DNA of 64,000 nucleotides. Source: Eimeria praecox. Lineage: Eukaryota. Of this stretch, positions 35,210-64,000 are shown piece by piece. A model generated the notes under the pieces. It worked only from the letters and a program-made list of their open reading frames with translations. It searched no databases and had not been told where the DNA came from. The translations under genes were made by a program, and so were the position numbers. How positions within the stretch are numbered: position 1 is the stretch's first letter; every line of letters starts with the position of its first letter. The DNA lies in the NCBI GenBank assembly GCA_963920595.1, contig OY986948.1:3472001-3536000 (forward strand), read 5' to 3'.

Positions 35210-35883
35210 TCTCTGCCTGTCTCTCTCTCTTCTGTCTCTCTCTGTCTCTGTTTGCCTCCTTATGTTTATCCCTCTCTCTCTCTCTGTCTCTGTCTCTCCT
35301 TCTGTATCTGTCTCTCTATCTCTGTCTCTCTGTCTCTCTCTTTCTCTCTCTCATCCTTTCTCTGTTTCTTTCTACCTTCGTCTCTCTGTCTCTGTCTCCT
35401 TTCTCTGTCTTTGTCTCCTTTCTCTGTCTCTGTCTCCTTTCTATCTCTCTTTCTCTGTCTCTGCATCCTCTCAGTCTCTCTCTGTCTGTCTCTGTCTGTC
35501 TCTCTCTCTTTCTCTGTCTCCTCTCTGTCTGTCTCTCTGTCTCTCCTTCTCTGTCTCCCCTTCTCTATCTCTCTCTGTCTCCTCTCTGTCTCTTCTCTGT
35601 CTCTTCTCTGTCTCTCTGTCTCTCTCCTTTTGTTTATATATCTTTGTTTTATTGTTTTATTTCTATCTTATTCTTCTCTCGTTTTCTTTGTTTTGTTTAA
35701 TTTTATTTTTTTATTTTTCATACTTTTTAATTATTTATTTTATTTCTAATTTTTATATTATAATATAATATATATAATTATATTATATATATTATTTTGG
35801 GTGTATATGCACCTTCTCTTTTTTATTTTATTTTTATTGCGGTGTATACGCAGATCGATGAATGGCAAAATGGAAACGCTTAA
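28275..35883 (+). CDS. ThrRS: Threonyl-tRNA synthetase (class II), 7 exons, ~976 aa from the first ATG; second in-frame ATG at 28602
   Basis: Exons 28275-28845, 29689-29822, 30466-30781, 31261-32760, 33476-33625, 34664-34893 and 35854-35883 (2931 nt, in frame). TGS domain ([31 protein letters not shown]); editing domain ([17 protein letters not shown]); catalytic core ([48 protein letters not shown]); anticodon domain ([10 protein letters not shown]). The last exon is less certain: an unspliced ending would stop at 34908. Confidence 0.96.
32764..32840 (+). repeat. (AGGGTTT)n array starting at the ThrRS exon-4 donor site
   Basis: ATCTTAG|GTAAGGGTTTAGGGTTT..., about 11 units. Confidence 0.96.
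33252..33335 (+). pseudogene. Degenerate intronic copy of the 5' part of ThrRS exon 5
   Basis: Translates [27 protein letters not shown] versus [28 protein letters not shown] for the real exon (33478-33561). It has an in-frame TGA and no in-phase acceptor. Confidence 0.88.
34090..34510 (+). repeat. (TTTATA)n hexamer microsatellite in ThrRS intron 5
   Basis: Direct read. The reverse complement (TAAATA)n occurs at ~56616-56890. Confidence 0.95.
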
Positions 35884-35909
35884 ACAGAAATATACGCACA
35901 GAAGAACAG

Positions 35910-35940
<31 letters not shown>

Positions 35941-35971
35941 GGCAGCTGCAGCAGTTTAAGTGTGTGTTTGT

Positions 35972-36003
<32 letters not shown>

Positions 36004-36124
36004 GCAGCAGCAGCAGCAGCAGTCTCGTCTTCTGTCTTTGGGTTGTTATATTTTTTTCATTAAATCGATTCTTTGGGGGCCTACACCCCACAGCAGCCCC
36101 CAGCAGCAGCAGCAGCAAATGCTG

Positions 36125-36156
<32 letters not shown>

Positions 36157-36240
36157 GCAGCACAGCTTTATGACTGACTGCCTTGCGCTATCTACAGATG
36201 CATGCTCTTCCCTACCCCTAAACCCTAAACCCCACATTCC

Positions 36241-36590
36241 TTAAACCCTAGAGGGGGGCCCCCGGGGGGCCCCTCTAGGGTTTATAATATTGTTTGAGGA
36301 ATCAGGGGGGCCCCCCAGGGGCCCTAAGAGTGAAAATATGGGGGCCCCGGGGGCCCCGGGGGCCCCACCCCTTCTTCCCCCCCCCCCCCCCCACTCCTTT
36401 CTATGGGGCCCCATTGTTTTAGAGGTGGGGGCCCGGGGGCCCCCCCCGCGGGGTCCCCCCCGGGGGCCCCCAAGGCAATCCATGAATGTACTATGGGGGG
36501 CCCCCCCCCACCCCCCCCGACCCCCAAGGGGGGCCCCTCATAGGGATATTGGTAGGGGGGGGGGCCTTGGAGGGGGCCCCTGGTAGGGAC
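36241..36590. other. GC-rich island of GGGGGCCCCC palindromes and G/C runs (intergenic)
   Basis: More than ten GGGGCCCC units in 350 nt. The same unit recurs at 23.7-24.1 kb, 36.8-38.05 kb and 39.95-40.3 kb. Confidence 0.8.
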
Positions 36591-36920
36591 TGCTTTGTGT
36601 ATATGTTGCTTTCGCATGCAAGAAAAGGTTTATTCGTTTAGAAGGAGCCTGCTGCTGCTGCTGCTGCTGCTGCAGCAGCAGCAGCAGCAGCAACAGTAGT
36701 AGTAATAATAATAATAATAATAGTAATAGTAATAGTTGTTGCTGTACGCATGCACGGGCGCAGCAGCAAGTTGCTGCTGCAGCCACACAGGCAGATTGAA
36801 GGAATGGGGGGCCCCCACAGGGCAGAGGGGGCCCCCCTCTGGTCTGTAGGGGTTTAGGGTTGGGGGCCCCTCTCCCCCCCACTTGTATTACAAATAGCTG
36901 CTGTTGTAGCGACGAGTTCG

Positions 36921-36946
36921 GGTGTATATGCAGCTGCATATACACC
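36921..36946. repeat. Perfect 26-bp palindrome GGTGTATATGCAGCTGCATATACACC
   Basis: The sequence equals its own reverse complement. Confidence 0.95.
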
Positions 36947-37100
36947 TGAGATTGTGTATATAATATGGGCCCCAGGGGACAGCTACAGCTGCTCAAATCT
37001 TTATTTATTCGTATATACTATTTCTACCATGGGGGCCCCTAGTGGCCCCTCTACCTTTGTAGGAGGTTGACTTGCTGCAGCAGCAGCAGCAGCAGCAGCA

Positions 37101-37134
<34 letters not shown>

Positions 37135-37670
37135 GGCTCGTCTTGGGCCCCCCCCACTCCCCCTCGCCCCTTCATTTTTCTGGAGGAATATAAATAAATA
37201 AATATATTTGTAGGATCAAATAAATTTTCTCATTCTACTTATTGAGGTGTACGTACACCCGAAGATAAAGAAGATATTGAAGCAAACATTCATACAAAAA
37301 AAATATGGGGGCCCCCGGGGCCCCCATATCCTCTGTTGCAATTCTTTCCTTTGCACTATTGTTGATATAAACAATATTAAATTAAATAATTAAATATTTA
37401 ATTTATTAATTATTTTATTTTTATACAAAAAAAATCAAAGAAATCCCACATATTCATCGTTCTTGGATTCCTATCAACTTTGTTAACATTTATATATTTT
37501 CTTCTTTTTTTTATTATTTTCTATTCTTCTTTCTATTTATTTTATTTTATTCTATTCTTTATTTATTTTATTCTATTATCAGAGACAAAACGTTTAGGGG
37601 GGCCCCCATCACCACCGTTGTTATGCCTGGGGGCCCCCAGGGGCCCCCAGCTATCTGTACCCTCATCACC

Positions 37671-40831
<3,161 letters not shown>

Positions 40832-40957
40832 CTGCAGCACAATATCACCTGTAGCAGCAGCAACAGCAGCAACAGCAGCAGCAGGTGTCTCGACACCATA
40901 TGCTTTAGTATACGGGTGTATATATATAAACCTTTTTTCGTAAACCGGGGGCCCCAT

Positions 40958-41142
40958 AAACCCTAAACCCTAAACCCTAAACCCTAAACCCTAAATATAT
41001 TGTCTAGGGTGAATGGGTTTAACGTCTCTAAACAAATAAATATATGAGACAGGAGAGAGGGGGGTTTAGGGTTTAGGGTTTAGGGTTTAGGGGTTAGGGG
41101 GGGGGTTCCTGGGGGCCCCCCCCTAGCTCCCCTAAATCTTCA

Positions 41143-41175
<33 letters not shown>

Positions 41176-41220
41176 TGCTGCTTGTCTTCTATGTCGCAAG
41201 GGCAGCAACAACAGCAGCAA

Positions 41221-41255
<35 letters not shown>

Positions 41256-41781
41256 GCAGCAGAGTCCGTAGAATCTTAAATAGTTTGTTTTGTATATATT
41301 TATCTAAATATAATACAACGAAAACATCTAAGGCCTACTCACCAAACACAAACCCTTAGGGTTTAGGGTTTAAGATCTAGGGTTTAGGGTTTAGGGTTTA
41401 AGGTTTAGGGTTTAGGGTTTAGGGTTTAGGGTTTAGGGTTCGCTGTCGCCTGCAGTAGGTTTATCTTAATAAAGACAAGATACAAAAACCCTAAAACAAT
41501 TCTACTATTTAAGAAGAAACCTTAAAGACCCTGGCTCCATAGAAACCCCTAACCCTAAACCCTAAACCCTAAACCCTAAACCCTAAACCCTAGGACAGTA
41601 GAGGGCCCCCTGTGCTCTCCCTCGAAGTTAAATAATTGTTTAGATTACAATTCAAAAGAACAGTTTAGGGTTTAGGGTTTAGGGTTTAGAGTGTAGGGTT
41701 TATTAGGGTTTATTAGGGTTTATTAGGGTTTATTAGGGTTTACTAGGGTTTACTAGGGTTTAGGGTTTAGGGTTTAGGGTT
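40958..41781. repeat. Cluster of interstitial telomere-like arrays in both orientations
   Basis: (AAACCCT)n at ~40958-40995 and ~41543-41592. (AGGGTTT)n at ~41063-41098, ~41356-41440 and ~41664-41781, the last including a 10-bp variant TATTAGGGTT. Confidence 0.95.
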
Positions 41782-41959
41782 GGCTCGTTGCAAGCGCGCA
41801 TGCATTAAGGGGGTTTGTCTTTGTTGTTTGTTTGTTTGTTTTATTTATTTATTTTATTATTTTTATTATTTTTATTTTTTGTTTTTATTTAAAATAAACA
41901 AACACAAAAACAAATACACCCGAAGCTCCTCCCTCTCTTCTTCACTCGTCGTCGTCGTC

Positions 41960-41994
<35 letters not shown>

Positions 41995-42036
41995 TACCCT
42001 AGCAGCAGCAGCAGCAGCAGCAGCAGCAGATACCCT

Positions 42037-42068
<32 letters not shown>

Positions 42069-42462
42069 GAGGAAGACCTTCAGCAACCCAACAGCAGCAG
42101 CAGCAGCAGCAGCGGTAGCTGCAGCAACACTAGCAACACCAGCAGCAACAGCAGCAGCAGCAGCAGCAGCAGCACGTGCTGCTACGCCTGCCTGCACGGG
42201 GGCCCCTGTGTACTGGGGCCCCCCGAGCTTAACGCAGCAGCAGCAGCAGCAGCAACAACAGCAGCAGCAGCAACAACAATAGCAGCAACAGCAGCAGCAG
42301 AAGCAGCAGAAAGAGCAGGAGGAGGTGGAGGGGGAGGGCCAGCGCATACGGGAACAGCAGCAACAGCAGCAGCAGCAACAGCAGCAGCAGCAACAGCAGC
42401 AGCAACAGCAGCAGCAGCAACAGCAGCAGCAGCAACAGCAGCAGCAGCAACAGCAGCAGCCA

Positions 42463-42494
<32 letters not shown>

Positions 42495-42825
42495 GAAGCC
42501 GGCGTAGCATTAGCCTCAGCTCCAGGCGCAGCAGCAACACCATCATTAGTATCTGCAGCAGCAGCAGCAGCAGCAGCAGCAGCACCCCAAACAGCAGCAG
42601 CAGCAGCAGCAGCAGCCCACTTACTATCATCACCATCACCATCATCATCAGCAGCAGCATCATCATCAGCAACAGCAACAGCAACAACAACAGCAGCAGC
42701 AACAGCAGCAGCACCATCATCATCAGCAACAGCACCAACAGCAGCAACAGCAGCAGCAGCAACAACACCAACAGCAGCAGCAGCAACAGCAGCAGCAACA
42801 GCAGCAGCAGCAGCAGTGTTGGATA

Positions 42826-62986
<20,161 letters not shown>

Positions 62987-63020
62987 TCTGCTGCTGCTGC
63001 TGCAGCAGCTGCAGCAGCAA

Positions 63021-63080
<60 letters not shown>

Positions 63081-63706
63081 GGGCTGATGCTGATGCTGAT
63101 GAGGGGTCTTATGTCTGTACTAGAGATAGGATGGATGCAGAAGATGCTGCTGCTGCTGTTGCTGCAGCAGTGCAGCAGCGGCTGCTCCTGCTGCTTGTTT
63201 GTGTGGGGTTGCAGCAGATCTGCTGCTGCTGCGGCTGCTGCTGCGGCTGCTGCTGCTGCTGCAGTGGCAGAGATCTGATGACGCGTAGGGTGTATGTACA
63301 GCTAGATAGAAATGCTGTTGTTTATGAGAAAGTGTTAATAGTAAAGCCTACAACGTTTGATGTTTATTTGGCTGCTGCTGCGGTGTACGTACACCCAAAA
63401 CAACAGCAGCAGCAGCAGCAGCAATAGCAGCAACAGCAGCAACAACAGAAGCTGCAAGACCTGTTGTATATATATTTGTTGTTTCTGTGTGGAAGAGACA
63501 GCAGCGGATAGATAGAAATATTAATACAAATAGAGACACAGGAGACAGAGGAGACACATAAATAAATAAATAAATAAATAGATAAATAATAAAATAAATT
63601 AAAATAAAATAAAATTAAATAAATAAATAAATAAATAAAGAAGCGGGCAAATAGACGAAGCAAACAAACAAATAAACAAATTAACAAATTAAACAAACAA
63701 ATAAAA

Positions 63707-63761
<55 letters not shown>

Positions 63762-64000
63762 ATATAAGAACAAACAAATAAATAAATAAACAAATAAATA
63801 AACTTTAACTCTCACGATTTGTTTTTAATTAAAACTCAAACAAAAAAAGAAAGAAAGAAAAAGAAAGAGAAAGAAGAAGAAACAATTTGAGGTGTATAGA
63901 CAGCAGAAACCAGCAAATAAAATAAAATAAAATAAAATAAAATAAAATAAAATAAAATAAAATGAAGTGAAATGAAGAAGATAGGAGAAAGGAGAGGAGA

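Noticed and set aside
40958..41781. Telomeric arrays as a chromosome end or fusion point
   Set aside because: The arrays are short, in both orientations, flanked by intact genes, and typical of Eimeria interstitial repeats.

Overview
Eukaryotic, intron-rich DNA from a coccidian parasite, almost certainly an Eimeria species. Diagnostic signs are CAG/CTG tracts inside exons and introns, interstitial AAACCCT/AGGGTTT telomere-like arrays, TGCATGCA octamers and Eimeria-type SAG genes. The window has two segments. (1) About 1-19.5 kb is repeat-poor and holds four five-exon GPI-anchored surface antigen (SAG) genes with four Cys in the mature domain (sagC-like): a direct tandem pair and a convergent inverted pair. 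(2) About 23.3-64 kb is repeat-rich and holds four plus-strand genes: a Pro/Gly- and Arg/Ser-rich hypothetical protein, a 7-exon threonyl-tRNA synthetase with a probable apicoplast-type N-terminal leader, a 4-exon hypothetical protein with two CxxC motifs, and a 22-exon ATP9/Neo1-type P4-ATPase (flippase). I built all spliced models by hand from GT-AG sites, and each closes in frame. Most long ORFs in the supplied track are artefacts of simple repeats. I see no clear new multi-gene system. The best leads are the dual-start ThrRS leader, hypervariable patches in otherwise homogenised SAG paralogues, the arrangement of repeats around splice sites (CTG/CAG fold-back introns, telomeric decoy acceptors), exon fragments copied into introns, a 27-bp-arm hairpin, a tRNA-Glu-like relic and a recurrent GGTGTAYRTACASC palindromic motif.
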